Positions 1-10,336 of a DNA stretch of 64,000 bases are shown piece after piece (within the stretch, counting starts at the first letter, position 1; each line of letters opens with the position of its first letter). The notes under the pieces were generated by a model. The model did no database searches, had not been told where the DNA came from, and saw nothing but the letters and a program-made list of their open reading frames with translations. Position numbers and translations under genes: made by a program. The stretch is from assembly GCA_945860135.1 (NCBI GenBank), contig CAMAPK010000005.1, positions 2,118-66,117 of the forward strand. The letters run 5' to 3'. Source of the DNA: Nitrosovibrio sp. Nv4. Its GTDB lineage: Bacteria > Pseudomonadota > Gammaproteobacteria > Burkholderiales > Nitrosomonadaceae.

Positions 1-1244
1 TCCATGCGGAAGCGGATTTCGGTTTTGGCATTGCCCGGATAGGGTTCGACATGAATGTCGGAAGCCCCCATGTTATAGGCATCAACAATAATCTTGTTGA
101 CCAGTTTCACCAGTTCGTTGTCGGATACGGAAGAGACATCTTCAGTTACAGCCTCGATTTCGTCGGTATTATCCAGCGTAGAAAGCATGTCGCCTATGCT
201 GCCGGCGTTTGTCTCCCCCAGGCTGGCGTCGCCATAAAACAGATCCAGGATCGCTTTGAATTCGCGGCCGGAGCAGACTTTGTAGATAATTCTATGTTTG
301 GGGAAAACATTATCGACGATGTGCAGCGCCTTGATTTTATCGGGGTCGGGTGTCAGCACCACCAGCCCGTCTTTGGTTTCGTCTATCGGCAACCAGAGAT
401 TTTTTTCGACATAATCGCGCTTCAGGTTTTTGAGGAGTTTCACCGGCCTGATCCGGTCGGCCTTGAAAGGCTCGTACCCCACCCCGAAAAACAGGGACAA
501 CGATTTGCCCAGAGACGGGGGTTTGATCTGAAACTCGTCGATCAGCAGCGCTTCCAGATCGAGTCCCTTTTTGCGCGCAGAACGCGCGGCCAAGTCCATT
601 TGTTCCGCCGAAATAAGCCCCTCAGCGACCAGATTGTCATATTTGGATTTGCTGAGTTTCTGCGGTTTCTGGTGTTGCTTGAAAGCAATGGTCAGTATCT
701 GGCAAAGCTCGCTTACCCCGTCTACCGTCATCTGCGGGAAAGGCTTGCCGCTGCCGCAATTGATTATTTGCACCGCACCCACCAGTTCATTGATGCCGGT
801 GTCCAGTATCGGCGCCACCAGCATCTGCTTGGTGCGATACCCGGTGCGCTTGTCCACTTCGCGTAAGAAACGCAATTTTGGACTCAGTGCTTTCAGTTCA
901 TTCTCGTCATAAACGTCCTTGATGTTAACGATTTTCTTGCTGAGACTGACGAAGCCAACGATGTCCTGATCGCCAATGGACGTTCTCAATTCCCTGGATG
1001 AATTGGGTCCGGTGCGCACCTTGGAAATAACAGAAGTCCTATCCTCACCCATCGAATAGATAATCAGGCGGTCTGCATTGAACAGCGAGCAAATGTCCTT
1101 GCTCACTTCCAGCATGATCTCGTCGATACTGCTGGCGGCGTGTATCCGGTTGGCAACGGTTTGCAGGTTTTTGGAGAAGTTCGGCTTGACGCTGCTATCG
1201 ACAGGGTTCGCCCGGGCTGAATCTGGTGCAGGAATTGTACTCAT
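1..1244 (-). CDS. GAF-domain GspE/PilB-family secretion ATPase, N-terminal ~414 codons (3' end runs off the window edge)
   Basis: Not in the ORF track because no stop lies inside the window. Own translation of the minus strand from ATG 1244-1242 gives MSTIPAPDSARANPVDSS..., a GAF-like block, a T2SSE_N-like block (LVAEGLISAEQMDLAARSARKKGLDLEALL), then ELVKLVNKIIVDAYNMGASDIHVEPYPGNAKTEIRFRM, the usual entry into the GspE/PilB ATPase core. The + ORFs 51..866 and 571..912 are antisense shadows. Confidence 0.7.
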   Translation of the reverse strand, partial: MSTIPAPDSARANPVDSSVKPNFSKNLQTVANRIHAASSIDEIMLEVSKDICSLFNADRLIIYSMGEDRTSVISKVRTGPNSSRELRTSIGDQDIVGFVSLSKKIVNIKDVYDENELKALSPKLRFLREVDKRTGYRTKQMLVAPILDTGINELVGAVQIINCGSGKPFPQMTVDGVSELCQILTIAFKQHQKPQKLSKSKYDNLVAEGLISAEQMDLAARSARKKGLDLEALLIDEFQIKPPSLGKSLSLFFGVGYEPFKADRIRPVKLLKNLKRDYVEKNLWLPIDETKDGLVVLTPDPDKIKALHIVDNVFPKHRIIYKVCSGREFKAILDLFYGDASLGETNAGSIGDMLSTLDNTDEIEAVTEDVSSVSDNELVKLVNKIIVDAYNMGASDIHVEPYPGNAKTEIRFRM

Positions 1245-1270
1245 GGCATCCCCCTATTCAATCTTGATCT

Positions 1271-1696
1271 TCATTTTACCAGCAGGACCGGCACTGTCGA
1301 AAGCTGCATCACCTTGCTGGCGACAGAGCCTAGCAGCAAGCCTTTCACCGCCCCCAGTCCGCGCGGGCCAATGACGATCTGGCCGCATTGTTTTTCAGCG
1401 GCACAGCGCACGATCATCTCTGCCGGGTCGCCCACCAGGATATGGAACTGACAGTCGATGCCGGCCTGCTGCAGTAAATCGCGCGCGGCCTGCAATCCTC
1501 CCAAGCCTTCTTCCTGATGATATTGTTTAATGTTTTCCTTGTCGATGAATCTGGAAACATTTCCATGTAACGGAGGCTGGACATTGAGCAAGTGAATTTC
1601 CGGCATTTCCCGGTACCAATCGAGCAGTTTGATGAAATCTGCAACTGCTTTGTTGGAAGTGTCGGAACCGTCTACTGGCAACAGAATTTTTAGCAT
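1271..1696 (-). CDS. universal stress protein (UspA family)
   Basis: 141 aa. MLKILLPVDGSDTSNKAV... start and C-terminal GPRGLGAVKGLLLGSVASKV...PVLLVK ATP-binding-type motif are typical of the Usp domain. Confidence 0.85.
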   Translation of the reverse strand: MLKILLPVDGSDTSNKAVADFIKLLDWYREMPEIHLLNVQPPLHGNVSRFIDKENIKQYHQEEGLGGLQAARDLLQQAGIDCQFHILVGDPAEMIVRCAAEKQCGQIVIGPRGLGAVKGLLLGSVASKVMQLSTVPVLLVK

Positions 1697-1705
1697 GATT
1701 TCCCC

Positions 1706-2449
1706 TTATGGATGTGGCGGACGCTGCTCGTTGTCTGCTAAATCAATTATTGGCGCAGCTTTTGCTGCCATTCGTGCTGCTGCCTGGGCCGCCAGCCACT
1801 TGCCGAGAATGACGACCAGCAATGCGCCGGCTGCCGGGGCAAGCCAATGCAGCAATGGCATGCTGCTCTGGGTCCATTCCTTGGTGGCAGCATCGGTCAC
1901 CGTCATATCGCCCGCGATCCAGCCGAGCAGTCCGGCACCGATGACAATGGTCAAGGGAAAGCGATCCATCAGCTTCATCACCAGCTTGCTGCCCCAGACG
2001 ATGATGGGTACGCTCACCAATAAGCCGAAAATAACCAGGCCGATACTGTCCTTGGCGGCGCCTGCAATGGCAATGACGTTGTCCAGGCTCATCACCGCAT
2101 CAGCAACGATGATGGTCTTGATCGCGCCCAGCAGCGTGGTGCTGGCGTCGATCTCATGTGCGCCATCTTCGGGCTCGGGTTGCAGCAGCTTCACCCCGAT
2201 CCATAGCAGCAGTAATGCGCCGACAATTTTCAGAAAAGGAATTGCCAGCAGAGACAGGGCGAAAAAAATCAACACCACGCGCAGGCCGATGGCGCCGAAC
2301 ACGCCCCAGAAAATCGCCTGGTTGCGCTGTTTTTCCGGCAAGCGCCGGCTGGCGAGTGCAATCACGACCGCATTGTCGCCGCCCAGCACAATATCAATTG
2401 CGATAATTTGCACCACCGCAACCCAGAATTCCGGGCTGGAAATGTCCAT
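1706..2449 (-). CDS. TerC/YjbE-family integral membrane protein
   Basis: 247 aa polytopic protein with the duplicated LGGDNAVVIAL / MSLDNVIAIAG motifs characteristic of the TerC family. Confidence 0.85.
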   Translation of the reverse strand: MDISSPEFWVAVVQIIAIDIVLGGDNAVVIALASRRLPEKQRNQAIFWGVFGAIGLRVVLIFFALSLLAIPFLKIVGALLLLWIGVKLLQPEPEDGAHEIDASTTLLGAIKTIIVADAVMSLDNVIAIAGAAKDSIGLVIFGLLVSVPIIVWGSKLVMKLMDRFPLTIVIGAGLLGWIAGDMTVTDAATKEWTQSSMPLLHWLAPAAGALLVVILGKWLAAQAAARMAAKAAPIIDLADNEQRPPHP

Positions 2450-2548
2450 ATAATAGTCTCTGAAGGTGTTGCAGTCTGGTGGAGTACAGCCATCCCGGCT
2501 GGTTTGTTTTTGACGGAATTTCTGTCGCAGGATTATATCAGTGCCGGT

Positions 2549-3712
2549 TTAGTCTTTTTTATCAACTCCGAGAAACTGCAATATTTCCGCTGCGTGCGGC
2601 ATTGTATCCTGGTAGCCCAGCTTGATCAGCGCCCGGCAGAACGATTCCTCAAACAGGACATAACTCAATAGCGCAGAACCGTCGCGACCCATCGCGCCAA
2701 TCGCACGGTAAAAAAGACGTATGGTGCGCGGCAGAGTATGGGCATGCTGTTCTGCGATCCTGTTGATTTCCACACTGGGGAAAATCACCATCGATTCCAC
2801 CCGGCGTAGCGGAATGTTGCTACTCTCCAGTTGTTCTTGCGGAATCAACTGGATGGTCTTGTTGATACGTTGCAGCCGCTCCAGATCCACGTCAAGGCTG
2901 TCGAGAAAAATACTGCTCATGACATGGCCCGCAATCTGTGCTGGCGGTGGATAGCTTTCCACTTTTACGCGATCAGGCTGCGCTTCATCAGCTTTGCGTA
3001 CGCCTATCACCAGTACCCGGTCTGCGCCCAGATGCAGTGCCGAGCTGATGGGCGCGAGCTGGCGCATGGAGCCGTCACCAAAATATTCACGGTGTAATTT
3101 TATTGCCGGGAAAAGAAATGGGATGGCGGAAGACGCCAGCAGGTGCTCGACACCAATATGCGAGGCAATGCCGACACGGCGCGCCCGTTTCCAGGGAGCT
3201 ATGCTATCTGCGCCTTGATAAAACGTGACCGATTGTCCGGAGGTATAGCCCCATGCGGTAATGCCCAGGGCATGCAAGGCGCCAACCTGGATATTCTTCT
3301 GGATCGCGCGCAGCGGCATGCTACGCTCCAGCAGTTGAGCAAACGGTGAATTGTCCAGCATGGAAACTGCGCTACGCTTGCCTAATCCACTGAACAGCAG
3401 TGAAGCCAACCAGCGTGCGCTGTTGCCAAATACGCCGATGGGGTCGGAGCGATAAACCTGGTCGACATGGGAATTCTCCCACACTGCCGACAGCCGCCCA
3501 ACTCCTTCATGAAAGTTCCTGGCCGAGACTGCGAGGCCGGCAGCATTGATGGCGCCGGCGGAAGTGCCGCAAATGACGGGGAACGGATTGCGCGTACCCT
3601 CCGGCAGCATCGCGGCGATTGCCTGCAATACTCCAACCTGATAAGCGGCACGCGCACCGCCCCCGGTCAGAACAAGACCGACTCTAGGCGGTGCTGGCAG
3701 CGCTAAACTCAT
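2549..3712 (-). CDS. patatin-like phospholipase
   Basis: 387 aa. Oxyanion GGGARAAYQVGVL and nucleophile GTSAGAINA motifs, DGS catalytic Asp region. Confidence 0.85.
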   Translation of the reverse strand: MSLALPAPPRVGLVLTGGGARAAYQVGVLQAIAAMLPEGTRNPFPVICGTSAGAINAAGLAVSARNFHEGVGRLSAVWENSHVDQVYRSDPIGVFGNSARWLASLLFSGLGKRSAVSMLDNSPFAQLLERSMPLRAIQKNIQVGALHALGITAWGYTSGQSVTFYQGADSIAPWKRARRVGIASHIGVEHLLASSAIPFLFPAIKLHREYFGDGSMRQLAPISSALHLGADRVLVIGVRKADEAQPDRVKVESYPPPAQIAGHVMSSIFLDSLDVDLERLQRINKTIQLIPQEQLESSNIPLRRVESMVIFPSVEINRIAEQHAHTLPRTIRLFYRAIGAMGRDGSALLSYVLFEESFCRALIKLGYQDTMPHAAEILQFLGVDKKD

Positions 3713-3963
3713 TCACTGACGGTCAGCTCTGCCCTCACCTTATCCAGCGCATCGCGCAAGGTGTCTTCGGACAGGTCATTCAAACAGTTGGACAGCATCT
3801 CCGCCGCTTCATAAGCATCCTCTGGCAGAGTGCCGCTGTCCAGATTGGCGATAAACACGGCCGCTGCACCGGTAGTCTTGAGCAGACTCTGACGTTCTTT
3901 CATCAGCATCTCAATTTCGGTGCGCAACATGGAAATTTCCTGTTCTTTCAACACATGGGGCAT
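3709..3963 (-). CDS. hypothetical small helical protein, translationally coupled to the patatin gene
   Basis: 84 aa ORF. Its stop overlaps the patatin ATG by 4 nt (ATGA). No recognisable motif. Confidence 0.4.
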   Translation of the reverse strand: MPHVLKEQEISMLRTEIEMLMKERQSLLKTTGAAAVFIANLDSGTLPEDAYEAAEMLSNCLNDLSEDTLRDALDKVRAELTVSE

Positions 3964-4108
3964 GGGCCTGTCCTCGTCATGCTAATGTAGAGTGTGCAAT
4001 ATACCAGAATCAATGTGTGCGCAAAGCACGAACTCAAGCCTGTTTGTCATCCTTTTCATCGCTCTGGTAACTGGTAAACTGCGGATGTATAAAGGCCCCC
4101 AGGCAGTC

Positions 4109-5071
4109 ATGAACGATAATTTGCGTACCGAGCTATTCCCAGCAATCGAGCCTTATGCCAGCGGCATGTTAGTGCTGGATGATCTGCACACAATGTATTG
4201 GGAGCAGTCGGGTAACGCCGCTGGTGTGCCAGTGGTGTTCCTCCATGGTGGGCCGGGCGCCGGATCATCCCCCAATCATCGCCGGTTTTTTGACCCAGCT
4301 TATTACCGCATCGTGATATTCGATCAGCGCGGCGCGGGCCGTTCCACTCCATTGGGGGAAACGCGTGACAACACTACGCCGCATCTCATCAATGATATCG
4401 AAACTTTGCGGCAGCATCTCGGCATTGCAGAATGGCTGATATTTGGCGGCTCGTGGGGCAGCACGCTGGCGCTAGCCTATGGCGAAGCCCATCCGCAACG
4501 TTGTCTGGGTTTCATCCTGCGCGGGATTTTTCTTTGCCGCAAAAGTGAGATTGACTGGTTTCTCTACGGCCTGAGAAATCTTTTTCCAGAGGCATGGCAT
4601 GCTTTCGTCGCGCCATTGTCACCAGCGGAACGCAGCGACATTCTCACTGCCTATCGCCAGCGCCTGATGCATCCGGACCCCGCAGTGCACATGCCTGCTG
4701 CCCGCGCCTGGAGCATCTACGAAGGTTCATGCTCGACATTGTTGCCCAACCTCGAAACGGTCGGCTACTTTTCCGGCGATACCGTTGCGCTGGGACTCGC
4801 CCGCATGGAGGCGCACTACTTCAGCCACGATATATTTCTGCCGGAAAATTCGCTGCTGGATGGCATAGGCAAACTTCGTTCGATTCCCGCCATCATTGTG
4901 CAAGGCCGTTATGATGCGGTCTGTCCCATCGTCAGCGCTGATGATCTGCATCGGGCGTGGCCGCAAGCGCGTTACGTGATCGTCAATGACGCAGGCCATT
5001 CGGTGTGGGAGCCGGGAATCCGGGCGGAACTGATGCAAGCGCTGGAGAGGTTCAAAAGCGGCGGGTTATGA
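4109..5071 (+). CDS. pip: prolyl aminopeptidase (proline iminopeptidase)
   Basis: ORF 3992..5071. The likely start is the internal ATG at 4109 (MNDNLRTELFPAIEPY...). VVFLHGGPGAG and GGSWGSTLAL alpha/beta-hydrolase motifs are typical of Pip. Confidence 0.9.
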   Translation: MNDNLRTELFPAIEPYASGMLVLDDLHTMYWEQSGNAAGVPVVFLHGGPGAGSSPNHRRFFDPAYYRIVIFDQRGAGRSTPLGETRDNTTPHLINDIETLRQHLGIAEWLIFGGSWGSTLALAYGEAHPQRCLGFILRGIFLCRKSEIDWFLYGLRNLFPEAWHAFVAPLSPAERSDILTAYRQRLMHPDPAVHMPAARAWSIYEGSCSTLLPNLETVGYFSGDTVALGLARMEAHYFSHDIFLPENSLLDGIGKLRSIPAIIVQGRYDAVCPIVSADDLHRAWPQARYVIVNDAGHSVWEPGIRAELMQALERFKSGGL

Positions 5072-5078
5072 CCCTGCT

Positions 5079-6467
5079 TTATTTGTTTCCTACCATGTTT
5101 TCTGGCTTTACCCACATTTCGAACTGCTCTGCGGTGACATGGCCGGATGCAAGCGCCGCTGCCCTTAGCGTGACACCTTCGCAGTATGCTTGCTTGGCAA
5201 TTTCCGCTGCCTTGTCGTAGCCGATGTGGGGATTGAGCGCGGTCACCAGCATCAGCGAGTTGCGCATCAAATCATCAATATGCGCTACATCGGCGGTGAT
5301 GCCCACTGCGCAGTTATCATTGAAACTGACTGCGCCATCCGCAAGCAAGCGCACGCTTTGCAGGAAATTGTGGATGATCAGCGGTTTCATCACATTGAGT
5401 TCGAAATTACCCAGCGCTCCACCCATATTGATCGCCACATCGTTGCCCATCACTTGGCAGCACAGCATGATCATGGCTTCCGACTGAGTCGGATTGACCT
5501 TGCCCGGCATGATGGAACTGCCCGGTTCATTTGCCGGAATTCTCAATTCACCGATGCCGCAGCGAGGACCGCAAGCCAGCCAGCGGATGTCATTGGCAAT
5601 CTTCAGCAAGGATGCCGCCAGTGTCTTCAGTGCGCCATGCGCATGAACCAGCGCATCGTTTGCAGCCAGCGCTTCGAATTTATTGGGTGCGGTGACGAAT
5701 GGCAGACCGGTCAGTTTTGCCAGTTCTGCTGCGGTACGCGCGGCGAACTCCGGATGAGTATTCAGGCCAGTACCGACGGCGGTGCCGCCCAGCGCCAGCT
5801 CGCACAGATGTGGGAGCGCCGCCTCTACATGCGCCAGGCCATGATCCAGTTGCGAAACATAACCCGAGAACTCCTGCCCCAGGGTCAGTGGGGTTGCATC
5901 CTGTAAATGGGTGCGGCCGGTCTTGACGATATCGGCAAACTGTTCGGCCTTGGCGGCAAGAGTCTGGCGCAATGCACGAAGCGCGGGCTTTAATTGATGG
6001 TGGAGGGCATGTACCGCCGCCACGTGCATTGCTGACGGAAACACGTCGTTGGACGACTGCCCCATGTTCACATCATCGTTGGGGTGAATTTTGCGTCCTT
6101 CGCCGCGCCCGCCGCCAAGCAACTCGGAAGCGCGGTTTGCCAGCACTTCGTTCATGTTCATGTTGGTCTGGGTGCCGGAGCCGGTCTGCCACACCACCAG
6201 CGGGAACTCGGCCTCATGGCGACCCTCGATCACTTCATCGGCAGCATGAATGATGGCGGTGGCATTGGCTGTGTCGAGCAGATGCAGATCATGGTTTACG
6301 CTCGCGGCCGCACGCTTTACCAGAGCAAGTGCGCGTAGCAATACGAATGGCATGCGCTCGCCGGAAATCTTGAAATTCTGCAAGGAACGTTGTGTTTGTG
6401 CGCCCCACAACGCGGCAGCAGGTACTTGCATCGTACCCATGGTGTCTTGTTCTTCACGGTAGCTCAT
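5079..6467 (-). CDS. fumC: class II fumarate hydratase
   Basis: 462 aa with the [16 protein letters not shown] signature of the fumarase/aspartase family and full-length FumC-like sequence. Confidence 0.95.
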   Translation of the reverse strand: MSYREEQDTMGTMQVPAAALWGAQTQRSLQNFKISGERMPFVLLRALALVKRAAASVNHDLHLLDTANATAIIHAADEVIEGRHEAEFPLVVWQTGSGTQTNMNMNEVLANRASELLGGGRGEGRKIHPNDDVNMGQSSNDVFPSAMHVAAVHALHHQLKPALRALRQTLAAKAEQFADIVKTGRTHLQDATPLTLGQEFSGYVSQLDHGLAHVEAALPHLCELALGGTAVGTGLNTHPEFAARTAAELAKLTGLPFVTAPNKFEALAANDALVHAHGALKTLAASLLKIANDIRWLACGPRCGIGELRIPANEPGSSIMPGKVNPTQSEAMIMLCCQVMGNDVAINMGGALGNFELNVMKPLIIHNFLQSVRLLADGAVSFNDNCAVGITADVAHIDDLMRNSLMLVTALNPHIGYDKAAEIAKQAYCEGVTLRAAALASGHVTAEQFEMWVKPENMVGNK

Positions 6468-6666
6468 GCAAATCTCCAGCTAAAGAAACAGGTGAGGCCG
6501 CTCATATTTAGAGCTTTCGCAGGGCCAGACCAAATGGCTGAGCTGCAGACTGGGTTGGCACCTGGGGATAGGCTGTGGTTATAACGGACTGCGTCTATTG
6601 TGGGGCTTTCGGGAAAGTGCGCTGCCTATCGAACAAACCACACCAGATCAGCAACTGTTTAGTTAA

Positions 6667-6951
6667 TCAGTTTTCAAGACGAAACGATTCTTCACCCGGT
6701 TCCCCTGTTTCGGGATCAATCCAGCCGGACATGCCGATCTCATCTTCCGCCTGTTCCAGGGTTTCTCCCGGTTCATAATCCGATTCAGCGGTGTACTCCA
6801 TGTCCTGAATCGCTTCAAGCAGGGTAGCAAAAGGACCGAACACTTTTTCGCTGGCATTCTCATAATGCCAATAGAAGCCATCGGGACGTTCGATAACGCG
6901 CGTATTGTCGTAGTCGCGCGATGCTTGTGGAATCTTGGTAGTCATAACCAC
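6667..6951 (-). CDS. hypothetical small acidic protein
   Basis: 94 aa ORF with an acidic C-terminal half. No family recognised. Coding status rests on length and position only. Confidence 0.4.
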   Translation of the reverse strand: MVMTTKIPQASRDYDNTRVIERPDGFYWHYENASEKVFGPFATLLEAIQDMEYTAESDYEPGETLEQAEDEIGMSGWIDPETGEPGEESFRLEN

Positions 6952-7079
6952 CTCACTACATTTCTATAGGGTTGAACGAATCTTCATGTTAATCCTGTTC
7001 GCCGAGTTTTGCTAGCATAGATATTTATCGAGTATGTAATTTTCCGAGAGGATTTCCAACAAACTTGAGACCCCTATTT

Positions 7080-7691
7080 CTACTGTCCAGACTCCTCTTT
7101 CTTAGCCAAGCGGATGCTGCGAAACCACCCTCCTGCCAGCACCGGTACATCTGTTTCCAGCTTCAATCCGGGGACGCCTGCCAGCACCTCTTCAAACACC
7201 ACATCCAGCCGCGTGACCGTATGCTGCGCCAGCAGATTAAGTGTCCGTCTGATCCACGCAGTCTCGCCCGGTTTGAGAAATTTGTCGAGTATCAATACGC
7301 TCCCGCCTGGTTTCAGCACACGCGCAGTTTCCCGCAAACAGGCGAGCGGGTCGGGGACTACCGCAAGAATCAGGTGCAGCACCGCATGGTCGAAGCACTC
7401 GCTGGCAAACGGCAGCGCCATGCTGTTGCCTTGCACGAGATCGAGGTGTAGTCCGCCGCTGCGGGGTTTTGTCCGTTTGAGCATGGCGGTGGTGAGATCC
7501 AGGCCAGCATAATAATGGCATGGCGGAAGGTGGGGCAGATCCAGCCCGGTACCGATGCCGTTGATGAGAATATTGAGATCGCCTTGCTGCGGCAATTGCC
7601 GCAGACTGGTAGCGCGTACATTTTTGGATGCTGCCGCGATGAAGGAATCGTAAAGTGGGGCGAGCAGGGTGTAGGTGTGGCGCAAGGACAT
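7080..7691 (-). CDS. class I SAM-dependent methyltransferase
   Basis: ORF 7080..7784 trimmed to the internal ATG 7691 (MSLRHTYTLLAPLYD...) so that it no longer overlaps lgt. ILINGIGTGLDL SAM-binding motif I and VLKPGGSVLILD motif. Confidence 0.7.
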   Translation of the reverse strand: MSLRHTYTLLAPLYDSFIAAASKNVRATSLRQLPQQGDLNILINGIGTGLDLPHLPPCHYYAGLDLTTAMLKRTKPRSGGLHLDLVQGNSMALPFASECFDHAVLHLILAVVPDPLACLRETARVLKPGGSVLILDKFLKPGETAWIRRTLNLLAQHTVTRLDVVFEEVLAGVPGLKLETDVPVLAGGWFRSIRLAKKEESGQ

Positions 7692-7701
7692 GAGGATGTC
7701 C

Positions 7702-8520
7702 CTATTTGCGATCCCGTTTGCCTGCTTTGACTGGTTTGTCTGACTCGCGATTAGCCCAGACCAACATTCCGATACCCACTGCAATCATCGGCAGTGACAA
7801 CCATTGACCCATGCTGATACCCAGTGTCAGCACGCCGATGAAACCATCTCCCGGTTCGCGAAAGAATTCGGCCAACGAGCGGAATACGCCATAGCCGAGC
7901 AGGAACATGCCCGAGACCGCTCCCACTGGTCTTGGCCTGGATGAATAAATCCACAACAAGGCAAAAAATGCCAGACCTTCCAGCGCAAATTCATAGAGCT
8001 GGGAGGGATGTCGCGGCAATGCATCCACGTGTGGGAAGATCATGCCCCAAGCCACGTCCGTGGGACGCCCCCACAGTTCGGCATTGATGAAGTTGCCTAT
8101 GCGACCGGCACCCAGTCCCAGCGGCACCAGCGGTGCAATAAAATCCGTCACGACCAGCCAGCGTAATTTATATTTGCGCGCCAGCAGCGCCATCGCCGTT
8201 ATTACGCCAAGAAAGCCGCCGTGAAACGCCATGCCGCCTTGCCACACCGCAAAAGTTTCCAGCGGGTGCTGCAAATAATAGCCAAGATTATAAAACAGCA
8301 CATAGCCCAGACGGCCACCCACTATCACCCCAAGCACACCATAAAACAGCATGTCATCCAGCATGGCGTTGGTGAATGCCGCCTGTGGGCGGCGCCGGAT
8401 GCAATAGCGCCCCAACAGAATGAACAACGCGAACCCCAGCAGATACATGAGCCCGTACCAGCGAATGGCGAGGGGTCCAAGATAGATGGCGACAGGGTCG
8501 AACTGCGGGTGAACGAACAT
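7702..8520 (-). CDS. lgt: prolipoprotein diacylglyceryl transferase
   Basis: ORF 7702..8562. The likely start is Met15 ([27 protein letters not shown]...). Conserved [16 protein letters not shown] and HPSQLYE Lgt motifs. Confidence 0.9.
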   Translation of the reverse strand: MFVHPQFDPVAIYLGPLAIRWYGLMYLLGFALFILLGRYCIRRRPQAAFTNAMLDDMLFYGVLGVIVGGRLGYVLFYNLGYYLQHPLETFAVWQGGMAFHGGFLGVITAMALLARKYKLRWLVVTDFIAPLVPLGLGAGRIGNFINAELWGRPTDVAWGMIFPHVDALPRHPSQLYEFALEGLAFFALLWIYSSRPRPVGAVSGMFLLGYGVFRSLAEFFREPGDGFIGVLTLGISMGQWLSLPMIAVGIGMLVWANRESDKPVKAGKRDRK

Positions 8521-8638
8521 CGGTATCAACTTCTTTTGCGGTAAAATTGAATTATACGGCAAGCGCGTTCACCGCAATGTTATGAGCATCGGGAATGTCC
8601 CTACAGCTACGGATTTCTAACGTTTCCCAGGAGTAATC

Positions 8639-10318
8639 ATGCCATATAACAAATGCAGCCAGGCTATCACCCAAGGCGCGCAGCGCTCTCCCAGCCGTGC
8701 CATGCTGCGAGCGGTGGGTTTCAGTGACACGGATTTCGACAAGCCCATCGTCGGCGTCGCCAATGGTTTTTCCACCATCACGCCCTGCAATATGGGACTG
8801 AATGAACTGGCCATAAATGCCGAGAGTGCATTGAAGCAGGCCGGGGCGATGCCGCAGATGTTTGGCACCATCACTGTGTCCGATGGCATTTCCATGGGCA
8901 CTGAAGGCATGAAGTATTCGCTGGTGTCGCGCGAAGTGATCGCGGATTCGATTGAAACCGCGGTGCGGGGTGAAAGCATGGACGGGGTGATCGCGATAGG
9001 TGGCTGCGACAAGAACATGCCAGGCGCGATGATTGCGATGGCGCGGATGAATGTCCCGGCTATTTTTGTTTATGGCGGCACCATCAAGCCGGGCCACTAC
9101 AAAGGGCAGGACCTGACCATCGTCAGTTCGTTCGAAGCGGTCGGACAATATGCCGCGCATAAGATAGACGAACAGGAGCTGCTGGCAGTGGAGCGCCATG
9201 CCTGTCCTGGCGCGGGCTCCTGCGGCGGCATGTTTACTGCCAACACCATGTCGTCGGCATTTGAAGCGATGGGCATGAGCCTGCCCTACTCTTCGACGAT
9301 GGCGGCGGAGGATGACGAGAAGCGCGTGAGCGCGGCCCGTTCGGCCGAGGCGCTGGTTGACGCAATCAAGCAGCAGATCCGCCCGCGCGACATCATCACC
9401 CGGAAATCCATCGAGAATGCGATCGCCGTGATCATGGCGGTGGGCGGCTCAACCAACGCAGTGCTGCACTTCCTTGCGATTGCCCATGCGGCTGAAGTGG
9501 AACTCAGCATCGACGATTTTGAGCGCATGCGCGGCAAGGTGCCGGTATTGTGCAATCTGAAACCATCCGGACGTTACGTTGCCACTGATCTGCACCAGGC
9601 AGGAGGCGTTCCGCAGGTGATGAAAATGCTGCTTGAGCACGGACTGCTGCACGGCGATTGCATGACCATCAGCGGTCAGACGGTCGCGGAAATACTGCGG
9701 GATATTCCCGCAACCCCGCGCAAAGACCAGGATGTGATCCGGCAATGGGAGAACCCGATGTATGCGCAGGGCCATCTTGCCATCCTCAAGGGCAATCTCT
9801 CCACCGAAGGCTGCGTGGCTAAAATCAGCGGGGTGAAAAATCCAAAGATTACCGGTCCGGCGCGAGTATTCGAATCGGAAGAAACCTGCATGGCGGCGAT
9901 ACTCGCACGCGAAATCCAGCCTGGCGATGTAGTGGTGATACGCTATGAAGGTCCCAAAGGAGGACCCGGCATGCGGGAAATGCTCTCACCCACTTCCGCT
10001 CTCATTGGCGAGGGTTTGGGAGATTCGGTGGGGCTCATCACCGATGGCCGTTTTTCCGGTGGCACCTACGGCATGGTGGTTGGTCATGTTGCGCCGGAAG
10101 CATTTGTCGGTGGCACCATCGCGCTGGTGCATGAAGGCGACTCCATCACCATAGACGCGGAACAGCGGTTGCTGCAACTCAATGTCGTGGAGGAAGAACT
10201 TGCCCGGCGCCGTGCCGCATGGCAGCCGCCTGCGCCGCGCTATACGCGTGGCGTTCTGGCGAAATATGCAAAACTGGTTTCCAGCGCCAGCCGCGGCGCA
10301 ATAACCGACGGGTCATAA
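8639..10318 (+). CDS. ilvD: dihydroxy-acid dehydratase
   Basis: 559 aa. CDKNMPG and [15 protein letters not shown] Fe-S cluster motifs. Full-length IlvD/Edd-family sequence of the short IlvD type. Confidence 0.95.
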   Translation: MPYNKCSQAITQGAQRSPSRAMLRAVGFSDTDFDKPIVGVANGFSTITPCNMGLNELAINAESALKQAGAMPQMFGTITVSDGISMGTEGMKYSLVSREVIADSIETAVRGESMDGVIAIGGCDKNMPGAMIAMARMNVPAIFVYGGTIKPGHYKGQDLTIVSSFEAVGQYAAHKIDEQELLAVERHACPGAGSCGGMFTANTMSSAFEAMGMSLPYSSTMAAEDDEKRVSAARSAEALVDAIKQQIRPRDIITRKSIENAIAVIMAVGGSTNAVLHFLAIAHAAEVELSIDDFERMRGKVPVLCNLKPSGRYVATDLHQAGGVPQVMKMLLEHGLLHGDCMTISGQTVAEILRDIPATPRKDQDVIRQWENPMYAQGHLAILKGNLSTEGCVAKISGVKNPKITGPARVFESEETCMAAILAREIQPGDVVVIRYEGPKGGPGMREMLSPTSALIGEGLGDSVGLITDGRFSGGTYGMVVGHVAPEAFVGGTIALVHEGDSITIDAEQRLLQLNVVEEELARRRAAWQPPAPRYTRGVLAKYAKLVSSASRGAITDGS

Positions 10319-10336
10319 GCGGAAAGACTGTCGCGC

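Noticed and set aside
51-912. Long + strand ORFs 51..866 (271 aa) and 571..912 at the left edge
   Set aside because: They lie antisense to a much better minus-strand reading frame (the GAF-GspE ATPase) that is missing from the track only because it has no stop in the window. Their sequences have no motifs.
7062-7083. R-like match GAGACCCCTATTTCTACTG just after the methyltransferase stop (compare R4 TCTGACCCTATTTCTACTA)
   Set aside because: Only about 13-15 nt match, the rest of the R consensus (TATATAAGTCG, CCCACCCCGAA) is absent, and part of the match is the gene's own stop region. I treat it as probable chance until a genome-wide count is available.
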